DNA from: a virus
DNA length: 64,000 bases
Virus record (IMG/VR): IMGVR_UViG_3300047457_001149
Coordinates: 26,358 to 90,357 of that record
Reading direction: 5' to 3' (one strand)
The notes beneath the pieces are model-generated. The model searched no databases. It was not told the origin of the DNA and saw only the letters and a list, made by a program, of their open reading frames with translations. Positions 46,570 to 55,538 of this stretch are shown here, piece after piece. Numbering within the stretch: position 1 is the stretch's first letter; each line of letters opens with the position of its first letter. The translations under genes and the position numbers were made by a program.

Positions 46570-48054
46570 GTGTCAGGGCTAAAGACCGAACTCCGACCGC
46601 ACCAGATCCGAGCAATCGAGAAGCTCAAGGCTTCCGGCGGGCTCCTCGCCGCACACGGCTTGGGGTCCGGTAAGACGCTCACGTCCATCGCGGCGGCCGA
46701 CGAGCTCGGCCTGCCGATCGAAGCGATCGTGCCGGCGCCGCTCGTGGCGAACTACCAGAAGGAGCTGGAGAAGCACCTGGAGGAGCCGCCCGAGGACGCG
46801 CGCATTCGCTCGTATCAGAAGGTTACGCGGAACCCGGACATCCGGCGGGACGCGCTCGCCGTGCTCGACGAGGCGCACCGCATCCGCAACGTCGGCACCT
46901 CCGTCGAGCGGGAGGTCGCTCGGCGGGCGGCCGAGGCGAAGGCGCGCCTCCTGCTCACCGGCACGCCGGTGTTCAACAACCCGGCCGACCTCGCTCCGCT
47001 CCTCAACACGGCGGCGGGCAGAACTGTGCTGCCCAATGACCCCCGCGCGTTCAACGAGCACTTTGTCGGCGAGCGAGAGATCAAGCCGGGGTTCATCGCG
47101 AGGCTGCGCGGCGTTCAGTCGTCCAAGGTTCCCTATCTCAAGAACCGCAAGGAGTTGATTGAAGCCGCGCGCGGCTACGTCGACGTCTACCAAGGCGGCG
47201 GCGAAGGCTTCCCAGATCGGATCGACGAGCACCACGAGGTGGTCATGTCGCCGATGCAGCGGGAGATCTACCGCTTCCACGAGGGCAAGATCCCGTGGGT
47301 GGTCGCCTACAAGATGCGGCACAACCTGCCGCTCAACAAGAGCGAGAGCAGCAACCTGAACAAGTTTCAGGCAGGGCTCCGGCAAGTGTCGAACACGCCG
47401 AGGCCGTACATCGCGGGCATGACCGACGAGCAAGAGGAGAAGCACTCTCCCAAGCTTCGCAAGATGGTCGACCACCTGTCCGAGATGCGGAACAACGACC
47501 CGAACCATCGCGGGGTCGTCTACTCGAACTACCTCGAAGGCGGGCTCTTGCCGATGTCGCGGATGCTTCAGAAGAAGAACATCCCGCATGCGGTGTTTCA
47601 CGGCGGCCTCTCCAAGCTGGAGAAGGCGCAGCTCGTCAAGGACTACAACAGCGGGAAGACGCCGGTCTTGCTCGTGTCGTCTTCCGGAGCTGAGGGCCTG
47701 GACTTGAAGGGGACGAAGTCGATCCAGCTGGCCGAGCCGCACTGGAACAACTCAAAGATCGATCAGGTGATCGGGCGGGGGATCCGCTACCGGAGCCACG
47801 ACCACTTGCCCGAGGAAGAGCGGAAGGTGCGCGTGATGCGCTACTACTCCGTTCATCCCAAGCCCGGGCTCTTCGGAGACCGCGAAGAGGCCATCGAGCG
47901 GTACATGCAAAACATGTCCGACATGAAGAGCGGGATCGGCGGCGAGGTGATGCAGGCGCTGCAAGAGGCGAGCGACTACGGCCCGCTGCAGAAGACGGCG
48001 GCGAAGTACGGCCTGTCAGTCGCGATCCTCGCGAAGGCCTTCCCCCTCCGGTAG
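46570..48054 (+). CDS. SNF2-family helicase/ATPase
   Basis: LRPHQ, HGLGSGKT, LDEAH, LLTGTP, GAEGLDLKG, QVIGRGIR. Confidence 0.92.
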   Translation: MSGLKTELRPHQIRAIEKLKASGGLLAAHGLGSGKTLTSIAAADELGLPIEAIVPAPLVANYQKELEKHLEEPPEDARIRSYQKVTRNPDIRRDALAVLDEAHRIRNVGTSVEREVARRAAEAKARLLLTGTPVFNNPADLAPLLNTAAGRTVLPNDPRAFNEHFVGEREIKPGFIARLRGVQSSKVPYLKNRKELIEAARGYVDVYQGGGEGFPDRIDEHHEVVMSPMQREIYRFHEGKIPWVVAYKMRHNLPLNKSESSNLNKFQAGLRQVSNTPRPYIAGMTDEQEEKHSPKLRKMVDHLSEMRNNDPNHRGVVYSNYLEGGLLPMSRMLQKKNIPHAVFHGGLSKLEKAQLVKDYNSGKTPVLLVSSSGAEGLDLKGTKSIQLAEPHWNNSKIDQVIGRGIRYRSHDHLPEEERKVRVMRYYSVHPKPGLFGDREEAIERYMQNMSDMKSGIGGEVMQALQEASDYGPLQKTAAKYGLSVAILAKAFPLR

Positions 48055-48315
48055 CTTCCCGCGCTCCATCAGCAGCGCGAGCAGGTACTTGATCTTCGCG
48101 CGCTGCGCGCTGATCGCGTCTCGATAGGGCGCCGAGAGGTCCTTGACGATCGCCTTGGCGCCGGCGAGCTTCTCGTCCGCGGCCTTCTCCGTCTCGACCT
48201 GGTGGATGTTGGCCTCACACTGCACGAGCTCTCCGCGCACGTCTTCGTCAGAGTAGGTGGCGACGTCTTCGGCGTAGCCCGGCGGAAGCTTCTCCAGCAG
48301 CTTGATCATGTCCAT
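48016..48315 (-). CDS. Hypothetical coiled-coil protein
   Basis: 99 aa; AAGGA RBS; 3' overlap with SNF2 gene. Confidence 0.65.
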   Translation of the reverse strand: MDMIKLLEKLPPGYAEDVATYSDEDVRGELVQCEANIHQVETEKAADEKLAGAKAIVKDLSAPYRDAISAQRAKIKYLLALLMERGKLPEGEGLREDRD

Positions 48316-48338
48316 GATGAACCAGTCCTTTACGTCGT

Positions 48339-48740
48339 TCAGTTGAGCCCAAGGCGACCAAGCGTAGAGATCTCGTCGTCATCGTCGGTCGGGATCATCA
48401 GCGTGTCGGTCGGGGCGTCGACGTAGTTCTTGACGAAGTGGGTGTCGTTGATTCGATAGTCCTTGGCGGGCTCGATCGCCGCAATTATCGAATAGAGGCG
48501 CCGGAGGTGGTTGTCGATGCTCACGAAGAGGGCGTTCACCATCGTCATGTTGTCACAATCGTCGAGGCGTCCGCTTTTGTGCGTCTTCTTGTGACGCTCG
48601 GCGTACGCCTTGAGTTCGTCACGCTTCATGAGCACACGCTCCTTCTGTTCGCGGAGCACCTCTAGCAACTCATTACCTGGGATCGTGAGCTTCATCATTA
48701 CCTCGGCGGGTAAGCTACCAGAGCTTTTGTGGGCTGTCAC
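48339..48740 (-). CDS. Hypothetical protein
   Basis: 133 aa. Confidence 0.55.
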   Translation of the reverse strand: MTAHKSSGSLPAEVMMKLTIPGNELLEVLREQKERVLMKRDELKAYAERHKKTHKSGRLDDCDNMTMVNALFVSIDNHLRRLYSIIAAIEPAKDYRINDTHFVKNYVDAPTDTLMIPTDDDDEISTLGRLGLN

Positions 48741-49018
48741 GCCAAAGTGACGGGCACGGTCTCGGCGGCGCGGATCTCTCGGCTGAGCTGGAGCGTGTCG
48801 CGCTTCAAGCGACGGAGCAGCCGGCGGACGTGCTTGGCCTCCCGCAAGGAGCGCTGCGCGGTGCCGGACGGAAAGGTGAAGCGGGCGTAGACCGAGGTCT
48901 CGTAGAGGTCGTTCAAGGCGAGGAGCTGCGCAAGCCGCTCGACGGCGTTGCTGTCTTTCCGGACGGCCTTGATCTCTTTCGCGAGGCTGACTCCAGTGAG
49001 CTTCATGGGGCGCAGCAT
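48737..49018 (-). CDS. Hypothetical protein
   Basis: 93 aa, GTGA-coupled to next gene. Confidence 0.55.
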   Translation of the reverse strand: MLRPMKLTGVSLAKEIKAVRKDSNAVERLAQLLALNDLYETSVYARFTFPSGTAQRSLREAKHVRRLLRRLKRDTLQLSREIRAAETVPVTLA

Positions 49019-49021
49019 ACC

Positions 49022-49049
49022 TTGACAGGGAATCTATGAGTAGTAAGCT
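49022..49049 (+). promoter_or_regulatory. Sigma70-type promoter candidate
   Basis: TTGACA-N16-TAAGCT at the head of the long plus-strand accessory array. Confidence 0.55.
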
Positions 49050-49075
49050 CTCTTTCGGGAGCCCCTTCTACCCAT

Positions 49076-49128
49076 GAGCGCCCCGCCAGTCCGGCTTCAG
49101 GCACCGGGCTGGCGGGGCGCTCGCTTTT
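49076..49128 (+). terminator. 19-bp hairpin followed by GCTTTT (attenuator or small-RNA end)
   Basis: GAGCGCCCCGCCAGTCCGG ... CCGGGCTGGCGGGGCGCTC. Confidence 0.55.
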
Positions 49129-49138
49129 GGAGACTGCG

Positions 49139-49570
49139 ATGTCCATGAACTTCGACGATCTCATTCAAGCCTACCGGGGCGTGCTCCGGGAGAAATACGA
49201 CAAGCTGGACCGCGCGCTGGAGGCCTTCCGCGTGGAGTTTCCCGGCGTCGTCAGCGCTGCCGGGTTGCCGATGCCGTCGGTGGTGCCGCGCGCCGGCTCC
49301 GGCAGCGCCAGCGACATTGTCACCGTGGCGTGGGTGCAAGACTCGGCGCAGCCGGGAGCAATCGCCCGCGTCCGGATCGACTGGACCGTCAGCATCTCCG
49401 CGTTTCACTTTTCGGTTCGCGACCCCAGGGACCCGCGGGCGCCTCAGTTCGACGAGGCCGCCAGCATGAACTTCAAAGTCCCGCAGTGGTTCATCGACCG
49501 AGCGCAGCAGCTCATGTCCGACAAGGCGCTTCCCTACGACCGCTGGGAAGCAAAGATCTACACGTACTAG
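49139..49570 (+). CDS. Hypothetical protein
   Basis: GGAG RBS; MSMNFDDL. Confidence 0.6.
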   Translation: MSMNFDDLIQAYRGVLREKYDKLDRALEAFRVEFPGVVSAAGLPMPSVVPRAGSGSASDIVTVAWVQDSAQPGAIARVRIDWTVSISAFHFSVRDPRDPRAPQFDEAASMNFKVPQWFIDRAQQLMSDKALPYDRWEAKIYTY

Positions 49571-49577
49571 GAGGCAG

Positions 49578-50105
49578 ATGAAGTCCTACGCCACTCCGAG
49601 CGAGGCGTGGCGCCAGTGGTCGCGGGCAGACGCCCGCCGACTGAAGGCGTCGATGTATCAGCTCGCGGACGGCCGTTACGCCGTTTACGTCGTCAACTCC
49701 AACCTGATTCCGGCCGGGGCTCGACGAATGAAGCCCCAGCCGCCGTACCCGGTGGCGGACCCACGGGGAGAAACGAAAGAGGCCTTGGGTAAGGTGGAGG
49801 CCCGCCACGCGGGCATCGTCCGACACGCTTGCCGGGTGGCCGTGCGCCTGGCGAAGCAGAAGCTCACGGTTCACACGCGCGAGATTCGCGACGCGCTCGT
49901 CGCTCAGGGCTTGCTCGACCCGGAGGCTGGTCCGGAGCACTGGCTTGGCGCGGCGGTCAACAAACTGGCGAAGGAGGGCATCCTCGAGAAGTCAGGGCAC
50001 ACGTACAAGTACACGGACGCTTCGCGAGGGATTCACGAGCGAACCGTAACGATCTGGCAGCTGAAAGAGAACGCAGACACGACAAGGTACGAGGAGGAAG
50101 CATGA
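49578..50105 (+). CDS. Hypothetical protein, possible winged helix
   Basis: 175 aa; AGGAGG RBS; WLGAAVNKLAKEGILEKSG. Confidence 0.65.
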   Translation: MKSYATPSEAWRQWSRADARRLKASMYQLADGRYAVYVVNSNLIPAGARRMKPQPPYPVADPRGETKEALGKVEARHAGIVRHACRVAVRLAKQKLTVHTREIRDALVAQGLLDPEAGPEHWLGAAVNKLAKEGILEKSGHTYKYTDASRGIHERTVTIWQLKENADTTRYEEEA

Positions 50106-50749
50106 AGATGTTCGAGGTGACGGTGCCGGTCCACGGCACCATGATGGTGCTGGTCGAGGCGGAGAACGAAGAGGAGGCGAAGGAGAAGACGCTTCGCGGC
50201 GAGATCGCCGACGAAGACGGCGCCTTTCAGTACGGGGGCATCGACGAGAACGGCGAGTGGGCCTTCGAGGAGGCCAAGGCTCTGCCGGAGCGGGTGGAGG
50301 CGATCAAGGTCGATCTCACGTGGTCGCTCTGGTCGCTGTACAAGGACTACTGGGAAGAGCAGGCGCCGGGGGTGTGGGACAAGATCGAGGGGTTGGAGGT
50401 CGGCAAGTCGATTGAGATCGAGACGGCGCCCCGCAAAGAGATTCGCTACGGGGGTGTTGAGATCAGTCGGACGGAGACGGGGTGGCAGGCCACGGGGCAG
50501 TTCTTCGCCGTGTGGGACGAGGCGGAGGAGCTGGCCGAAACGGTCGGGGTTGAAGAAGACCGGATCGATGAGGTGCGAAAGGTCCTGCCCGTGACGTGGG
50601 AGGGGCCGGGGGTGGACGTGGACATCGAGGTCGAGGCTCCTACACTGGAGGAGCTGATGCGGCTTATCGACAAGAGGGAGGACGTATTACTGGAAGAAGA
50701 AAAGGAAGCGTGGACCAAGTTTGAAAGGCATTTTAAAGATGAACCCTGA
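50102..50749 (+). CDS. Acidic hypothetical protein
   Basis: ATGA-coupled; VEAENEEEAKEK motif. Confidence 0.65.
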   Translation: MKMFEVTVPVHGTMMVLVEAENEEEAKEKTLRGEIADEDGAFQYGGIDENGEWAFEEAKALPERVEAIKVDLTWSLWSLYKDYWEEQAPGVWDKIEGLEVGKSIEIETAPRKEIRYGGVEISRTETGWQATGQFFAVWDEAEELAETVGVEEDRIDEVRKVLPVTWEGPGVDVDIEVEAPTLEELMRLIDKREDVLLEEEKEAWTKFERHFKDEP

Positions 50750-51161
50750 ACACGTAGTCGCTGCGATCCTGTCGTTGTTTCCTTACATGAGCGGCAACAA
50801 CCGCGCGTGCGTGGAGCACCGGCGATCAGAGATCGCAGCGCAGCTTACCGAGACGGCGGACGCTGGTGTCCCCTCAGAGATCATGGCGGCGGTCGCATTC
50901 GTCGAGACGCACCTCGGGTGCGATCGCGGAGAAGGGGGCGGCTGGGGCGCGCCCATCGACGGGCAGCACCGTCACACGGCGGGGACGCACATGCACGCCG
51001 CGCGCGTGCTCATTCGCGGGCTGGAGCGTTGCGGGGACTGGGACGGATCGATCCGTCGCTTCCGCACGGGGCTCTGTCATCCGACCACGGTCGGCACTAG
51101 CTACCTGCGGCGCGTGAACCTGCTCATCCGTCGGATCGAGCTTCGCGCAGCGGGTCAGTAA
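50739..51161 (+). CDS. Small lytic transglycosylase (SLT)-like protein
   Basis: IMAAVAFVET (catalytic Glu position), AARVL, GDWDGSIRRFRTG, SYLRRV. Confidence 0.5.
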   Translation: MNPEHVVAAILSLFPYMSGNNRACVEHRRSEIAAQLTETADAGVPSEIMAAVAFVETHLGCDRGEGGGWGAPIDGQHRHTAGTHMHAARVLIRGLERCGDWDGSIRRFRTGLCHPTTVGTSYLRRVNLLIRRIELRAAGQ

Positions 51162-51211
51162 ATTCGCGAGTTTGCAGGTAGAAGATGCGCCAGCCACATG
51201 GTGTGGCCGGC
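51158..51211 (+). promoter_or_regulatory. Putative phage promoter GTAAA-N9-TTGCaGGTAgAAG with downstream hairpin
   Basis: Identical spacing to the 1958 copy; GCCAGCCACA-TGG-TGTGGCCGGC hairpin follows. Confidence 0.6.
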
Positions 51212-51219
51212 AATCAATC

Positions 51220-51272
51220 AACGGGCGCCAGGGCTTCGGCCTTGGCGCCCGTTGGCGTTTACGGAGAAAAAC
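51220..51272 (+). promoter_or_regulatory. cUUCGg 15-bp leader hairpin + GGCGTT + RBS, copy 2
   Basis: AACGGGCGCCAGGGC-TTCG-GCCTTGGCGCCCGTT. Confidence 0.65.
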
Positions 51273-51839
51273 ATGCGAGCAGAACACGTGTTTCAGATGG
51301 AGCAGAATGGCAAGCGGCTCGACGTCTACGTCGACCAGTGGCCGGACAATCCCCGCGAAAACGGGGACAACCTCGGCCAGCTCGTCTGCTGGCACCGGCG
51401 CTACGAGCTCGGCTCGAAGGAGGAGGTGAAGGCTGCGAGGGCCTTCGACCCGTCTAACTACGGCGGGTGGGCCGATCTGGAGGCCGCGATTGAGCGGGAG
51501 TTCAAACCGGTGGTAATCCTGCCGGTCTACATGCTCGATCACTCGGGCATCGCGCTCAGTACGTCGAGCTTCCACGACCGGTGGGATTCCGGTCAGGTCG
51601 GTTTCATTTTCGCCACGCGAGAAAGCGTGACGAAGTGGTTCAACAAGAAACGAATCACCAAGGACCTCCGCGAGAAGGTGGAGGCGCAGCTCCGCTCGGA
51701 GGTCGATCAGTACGGGAAGTACGTCAACGGCGACGTGTACGCCGCCGTCGTGACGGACCTCGTCAGCGGGGAGGAGGTGGACTCGCTGTGCGGGATCTAC
51801 TGCGACAACGTGCGCGAGATCGCAAACGATCTGCTGTGA
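51273..51839 (+). CDS. Conserved phage accessory protein
   Basis: NPRENGDNLG...HRRYELG...LPVYMLDHSG...WDSGQVGFIF. Confidence 0.75.
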   Translation: MRAEHVFQMEQNGKRLDVYVDQWPDNPRENGDNLGQLVCWHRRYELGSKEEVKAARAFDPSNYGGWADLEAAIEREFKPVVILPVYMLDHSGIALSTSSFHDRWDSGQVGFIFATRESVTKWFNKKRITKDLREKVEAQLRSEVDQYGKYVNGDVYAAVVTDLVSGEEVDSLCGIYCDNVREIANDLL

Positions 51840-52072
51840 AGAAGATCTACGCGATCGTCGACCGCGACGGGGTGCAGATCTGGCCTTTCCGCTACGGCGG
51901 CGTGAGGGGCTACGAAGACGCCGAAGAGATCGCTCGGGAGCTGCGACGGACTAGGCCGGACGCAGAGGTCGAAGAGTTCACGAAGAAGAAAGAGGAGGAC
52001 GAGTGGCTCGAATTCTCAAGGCCGATGGGACGATCAGCGAACTCAAGGGCGAGGACCCGAAGGGGCGGCTGA
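51836..52072 (+). CDS. Small hypothetical protein
   Basis: GTGA-coupled; overlaps next gene. Confidence 0.45.
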   Translation: MKKIYAIVDRDGVQIWPFRYGGVRGYEDAEEIARELRRTRPDAEVEEFTKKKEEDEWLEFSRPMGRSANSRARTRRGG

Positions 52073-52281
52073 CCCTCGAACAGATGCAGCAGGCGGTGGG
52101 CGGGTACGTCGAGGTGATCCGGCTTCCGCTCGACAGGCTGCAGATGCTCGTCGACGAGGAGGGCGGCTGGAAAGACCTCCCTGTCAACGAGACGGCGACG
52201 CTTCTGTATCAGAGCAACACGGGAGCCGGAAGGGTCATCAAGGGCGACGTGGTCCTGTGTGACTACCGGTCGCTTCGATAG
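52003..52281 (+). CDS. DUF3846-like protein
   Basis: LEQMQQAVGGYVE...VDEEG...LPVNETAT...IKGDVV. Confidence 0.75.
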   Translation: MARILKADGTISELKGEDPKGRLTLEQMQQAVGGYVEVIRLPLDRLQMLVDEEGGWKDLPVNETATLLYQSNTGAGRVIKGDVVLCDYRSLR

Positions 52282-52290
52282 GAGGAAGAG

Positions 52291-52710
52291 ATGAGCGAAA
52301 TGGTCTACCTGGTGACGGCCGACGCCTACGAGTACAACGACGAGTACTGGAGCTGGACGGACGGAGTCCGGTTTGAAAATAAGGCCCGGACCGACTTGGC
52401 CCAGGCTGAGGCGCACGCGCTCCTGATCAACATGGCGCACGCCCGTGAGGTGGTTACCTCCTGTCACGAATGGACCTACGGGGAAGGGGTGTGGCATCTG
52501 GTCGAAAACTGCGCGGACGCCGAAGAACTCTACCGGCGCGTGTTTCGCAAAGAGCCGGGCGATGACTTCAAAAAAGAGCTGGAAGCTCTCTCGGAGCTTT
52601 CCGATGGTCTGCCCGAAGGGGAAGGGTTCACGGACGAAGACATCCGGTGGTTCGTGGAGAACGTCTCCACGTGCCGGCGCGCCCGTGTCGAAGCGCTGGA
52701 AGTGCTGTGA
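52291..52710 (+). CDS. Hypothetical protein
   Basis: 139 aa; AGGAGG RBS; YEYNDEY. Confidence 0.7.
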   Translation: MSEMVYLVTADAYEYNDEYWSWTDGVRFENKARTDLAQAEAHALLINMAHAREVVTSCHEWTYGEGVWHLVENCADAEELYRRVFRKEPGDDFKKELEALSELSDGLPEGEGFTDEDIRWFVENVSTCRRARVEALEVL

Positions 52711-53066
52711 ATCCGCTCACGCACGCCAAGAACAGCGTGAAGCGCCACGGCGGATCGGTGGACGACTATCTGCCCATCCATCACTGGATGGATCAGACGA
52801 AGCTCCACGTGGCGGATCTCCGACACCGCGTGGTGCTGCACAACTCGTTCGGAGTGGGGCTGTGTGAGAGCGTGTTCGGGTTCTACCTCACGAACTCGGA
52901 CGGCAAGAAGTTCTCTGTGAGGAAGGTAGCCGAAGAGCACGTGATCGAGGACATGGGGTTCATCCCGAGCCTGGATCGCGCGCTGGCGCATACGCCGATT
53001 ACGCAGGCGGAGGCGCCGAGGCTGAGGAAGGTGATCGTGAAAGAGGAAGGGGAAGACCATGCCTAA
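52707..53066 (+). CDS. DUF6915-like protein
   Basis: HAKNSVKRHGGSVDDYLPIHHWMD...HRVVLHNSFG...EEHVIEDMGFIP. Confidence 0.75.
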   Translation: MNPLTHAKNSVKRHGGSVDDYLPIHHWMDQTKLHVADLRHRVVLHNSFGVGLCESVFGFYLTNSDGKKFSVRKVAEEHVIEDMGFIPSLDRALAHTPITQAEAPRLRKVIVKEEGEDHA

Positions 53067-53667
53067 CTGGTGCGACAACGATCTATACATATACGGTAAG
53101 TCTCGGGTCGAGATCGCCGACGCCATCGCTGGAAGCGAAGGCGTGATCGACTTCCAGAAGATCGTCCCCATGCCGGCGGCGCTGTGGGAAATTCCGTCAG
53201 GCACCATGACGGCGGACGCCGAGGTGCTGCTCGGCTGGAGGGACGCCGAGGTCATGCTGGACTGGGAGTGGGTCAAGGGAGAGGGGATCACGAGCGTCAA
53301 AGATCTCAAGATTTACCTCGTAAAGACCCACCCCGATCTTCCGGAGCTCGCTGAGAAGATGAAGGCGCTCAAGGCGGAGCTGGGGTATGCGGACTGGTAC
53401 GAATGGGCCTGCGCCAAGTGGGGCACCAAATGGAACGTCGACGGCGGCGTGCGAGACGATCAGCGGACTCGTATCCGCCTGACGTTCTTGACGGCGGGGT
53501 CACCCCCGTGGCCGATCGTCGACGCGCTCAGCGAGAAGTACCCCGAGACGAAGTTCTCGCTCCGCTACTACGAGTGCGGCATAGGCTTCAAGGGGTGGTA
53601 CGCCCGCAAAGGCGCGAAGGTGCTGGGGGACGTGCACGAGATGTATCGGGGGCGGCGTGGCGGCTGA
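53059..53667 (+). CDS. DUF1281/YubB ferredoxin-like protein
   Basis: MPNWCDN, DFQKIVPMP, WYEWACAKWGTKWN, FLTAGSPP. Confidence 0.8.
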   Translation: MPNWCDNDLYIYGKSRVEIADAIAGSEGVIDFQKIVPMPAALWEIPSGTMTADAEVLLGWRDAEVMLDWEWVKGEGITSVKDLKIYLVKTHPDLPELAEKMKALKAELGYADWYEWACAKWGTKWNVDGGVRDDQRTRIRLTFLTAGSPPWPIVDALSEKYPETKFSLRYYECGIGFKGWYARKGAKVLGDVHEMYRGRRGG

Positions 53668-53839
53668 GGCGCTTCTCCGGAAGCTTCGCAACGAGTACTC
53701 GGAGACGCGCGACGGCGACTGGGGCGAGTTCGTCCAGTGGGCGTGCGGCTACGACGTAAAGAAGGAACTGAGGGCGTGGGGAACGCCGGAGGAGGAGATC
53801 GAACGATGGGAATCCGAAGTGATGTCTTTCTCGCCGTGA
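53657..53839 (+). CDS. Small hypothetical protein
   Basis: 60 aa acidic, overlaps neighbours. Confidence 0.45.
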   Translation: MAAEALLRKLRNEYSETRDGDWGEFVQWACGYDVKKELRAWGTPEEEIERWESEVMSFSP

Positions 53840-54144
53840 AGGCGTCCATCCAGGACGAGTTCAAAGCGAAGTACGAAGAGTGGCTCAAAGATAACTTCGC
53901 GGCGGAAATGTTTCAGCGGCCCGAAGGCGTGGCCTTCTACATGACCGACGTGAACTGGTACTCCGACAAGATCGAGGAGATGTACCTGTGGCTCGTCCGT
54001 AAAGGCCAGCGGGAATTCATCATCGTCACGGCGTGCCACGACTACCCAGAGTCGACGGAGAGCGACGCCGGGCACTGGGAGGACAACCCCTGGAACGCTG
54101 AGAGGGTGATTTCCGTCAGCATCGAGTTCGACAAGGAGGAGTAA
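53806..54144 (+). CDS. Hypothetical protein
   Basis: MGIRSDV...VNWY; GGAGGAG RBS. Confidence 0.65.
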   Translation: MGIRSDVFLAVKASIQDEFKAKYEEWLKDNFAAEMFQRPEGVAFYMTDVNWYSDKIEEMYLWLVRKGQREFIIVTACHDYPESTESDAGHWEDNPWNAERVISVSIEFDKEE

Positions 54145-54710
54145 TGGACGAAAAAACGAGAGAGATTCTGCAGCGGGTGCACGCCGCGCTGCTCGACGCT
54201 GCCGGCGGCGTGCCGGCGGAGTTCTGGGACAAGGGAGGGACGGGCCACGACGTGGCGAACGAGCTGATGGAGGTCATCGCGGCGTCAAAGCCGAGGCGGC
54301 TCCCCGGAGGTGGCTCGACGAACAACGTCGACGCCTACACGACGGCGTGGCAGGAGTTCGTCGAATCGATCACCTCGGTGCTGGGGTGGCGGCTCGCTAG
54401 CTACGACCCCGGCTTCGCCTTCGAGACGCCCAGCGGTGAGCGGGTGTATCTCAACGAGGAGAGCGCGGGGCAGCTCGCGAAGGCGCTCGACCGGGTGCCG
54501 GTGGAGCAGGCGAAGGTCGAAAAGGAAAGGAGGCGCTGGGTGGTCAACTTCGACATTCGCGTCCCGATCCTCGTGGAGATCATCGCGAAGGACGAGGACA
54601 CGGCGGTCGAGCTCGTGATGGATCGCGAACCGGAGGAGTGGCTCGAAGACGCCAAGATCGAGAACGCAGAGATCCTGCCGGAGTGCATCACGGTGACTCC
54701 GGGCGAGTAG
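54144..54710 (+). CDS. Hypothetical protein
   Basis: 188 aa, TAATG-coupled. Confidence 0.65.
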   Translation: MDEKTREILQRVHAALLDAAGGVPAEFWDKGGTGHDVANELMEVIAASKPRRLPGGGSTNNVDAYTTAWQEFVESITSVLGWRLASYDPGFAFETPSGERVYLNEESAGQLAKALDRVPVEQAKVEKERRRWVVNFDIRVPILVEIIAKDEDTAVELVMDREPEEWLEDAKIENAEILPECITVTPGE

Positions 54711-54728
54711 GTCGAGAGAAGGAGAAAC

Positions 54729-55538
54729 ATGGACGACATCAAGCAGCTGCTGACGCTCCCGGATAACTGCTTCGTATCCCCCGACCATCCGGCGGTGAAA
54801 GACCCCGAGCACTGGTGCCTGGGGCCGGTACTCCTGACGCGCGACTCGGACCTCGTCGCCGAGGTCAACTTCGACGCGCTGCAGAAGGAGCTGAAGGAGA
54901 AGGGGTTTCTCGACGATCAGGACGAGGGAGACTACGGGTTCTACCGGCTCAATCACTGGGCCGTCGGCTGGGTCGAGCACCTGAGCTTCCGGGTGCTCGA
55001 CGAGAAGGGCGAGCCGACGGCCATCTACAAGTTCCTGAAGGAGTGGGAGAAGAAGCTCGACGACTACCCGCTGGCAGACGAGGAGGAGCTTTCACGGCGT
55101 GAATACGACGCCGCGATCGAGTGGATCCAGTGCGAGGGCATCCGCAGCTGCAAGGGCGGCGTGCCGACGGACTGGATGGAGCGAGTCTTCACCTGGCTCT
55201 GGGAGCACGAGCAGGGGGAGATGGAGAATCACTCGGGGCACGGCGCGACCCCGTCAGAAGCGGCGATTCGGAGAGCGCTTGCGGCTCTCGAATTTCTGGA
55301 GGTGAGCGTGGAAGAAGAGATCGAAGCGATCATGGCGAAGAAGTTTCCCGGTTGCCCGGTGGACTACTTCGCCGAGGTGACGGACGACCACTCGGAAGAT
55401 TTCGCGCGCGTCGAGGCGGATCTCCCGGAAGGTAAAGAGTTTTTCCTTATCGTGCGGGGCACCTTCGCCGACGAGGACGCGGCCTTCGCGGCGCTGCGGG
55501 ACAAGCTGGTGGAGGAGTTCAAGCATGAGCATGCCTGA
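54729..55538 (+). CDS. Conserved phage accessory protein
   Basis: TRDSDL, HWAVGWVEHL, LDDYPLADEE. Confidence 0.75.
   Translation: MDDIKQLLTLPDNCFVSPDHPAVKDPEHWCLGPVLLTRDSDLVAEVNFDALQKELKEKGFLDDQDEGDYGFYRLNHWAVGWVEHLSFRVLDEKGEPTAIYKFLKEWEKKLDDYPLADEEELSRREYDAAIEWIQCEGIRSCKGGVPTDWMERVFTWLWEHEQGEMENHSGHGATPSEAAIRRALAALEFLEVSVEEEIEAIMAKKFPGCPVDYFAEVTDDHSEDFARVEADLPEGKEFFLIVRGTFADEDAAFAALRDKLVEEFKHEHA

Noticed and set aside
5344-47742. Long antisense ORFs (e.g. 5344-6396, 13864-15258, 27348-28577, 35031-36347, 46579-47742)
   Set aside because: Shadows of real genes, expected at high GC; no motifs
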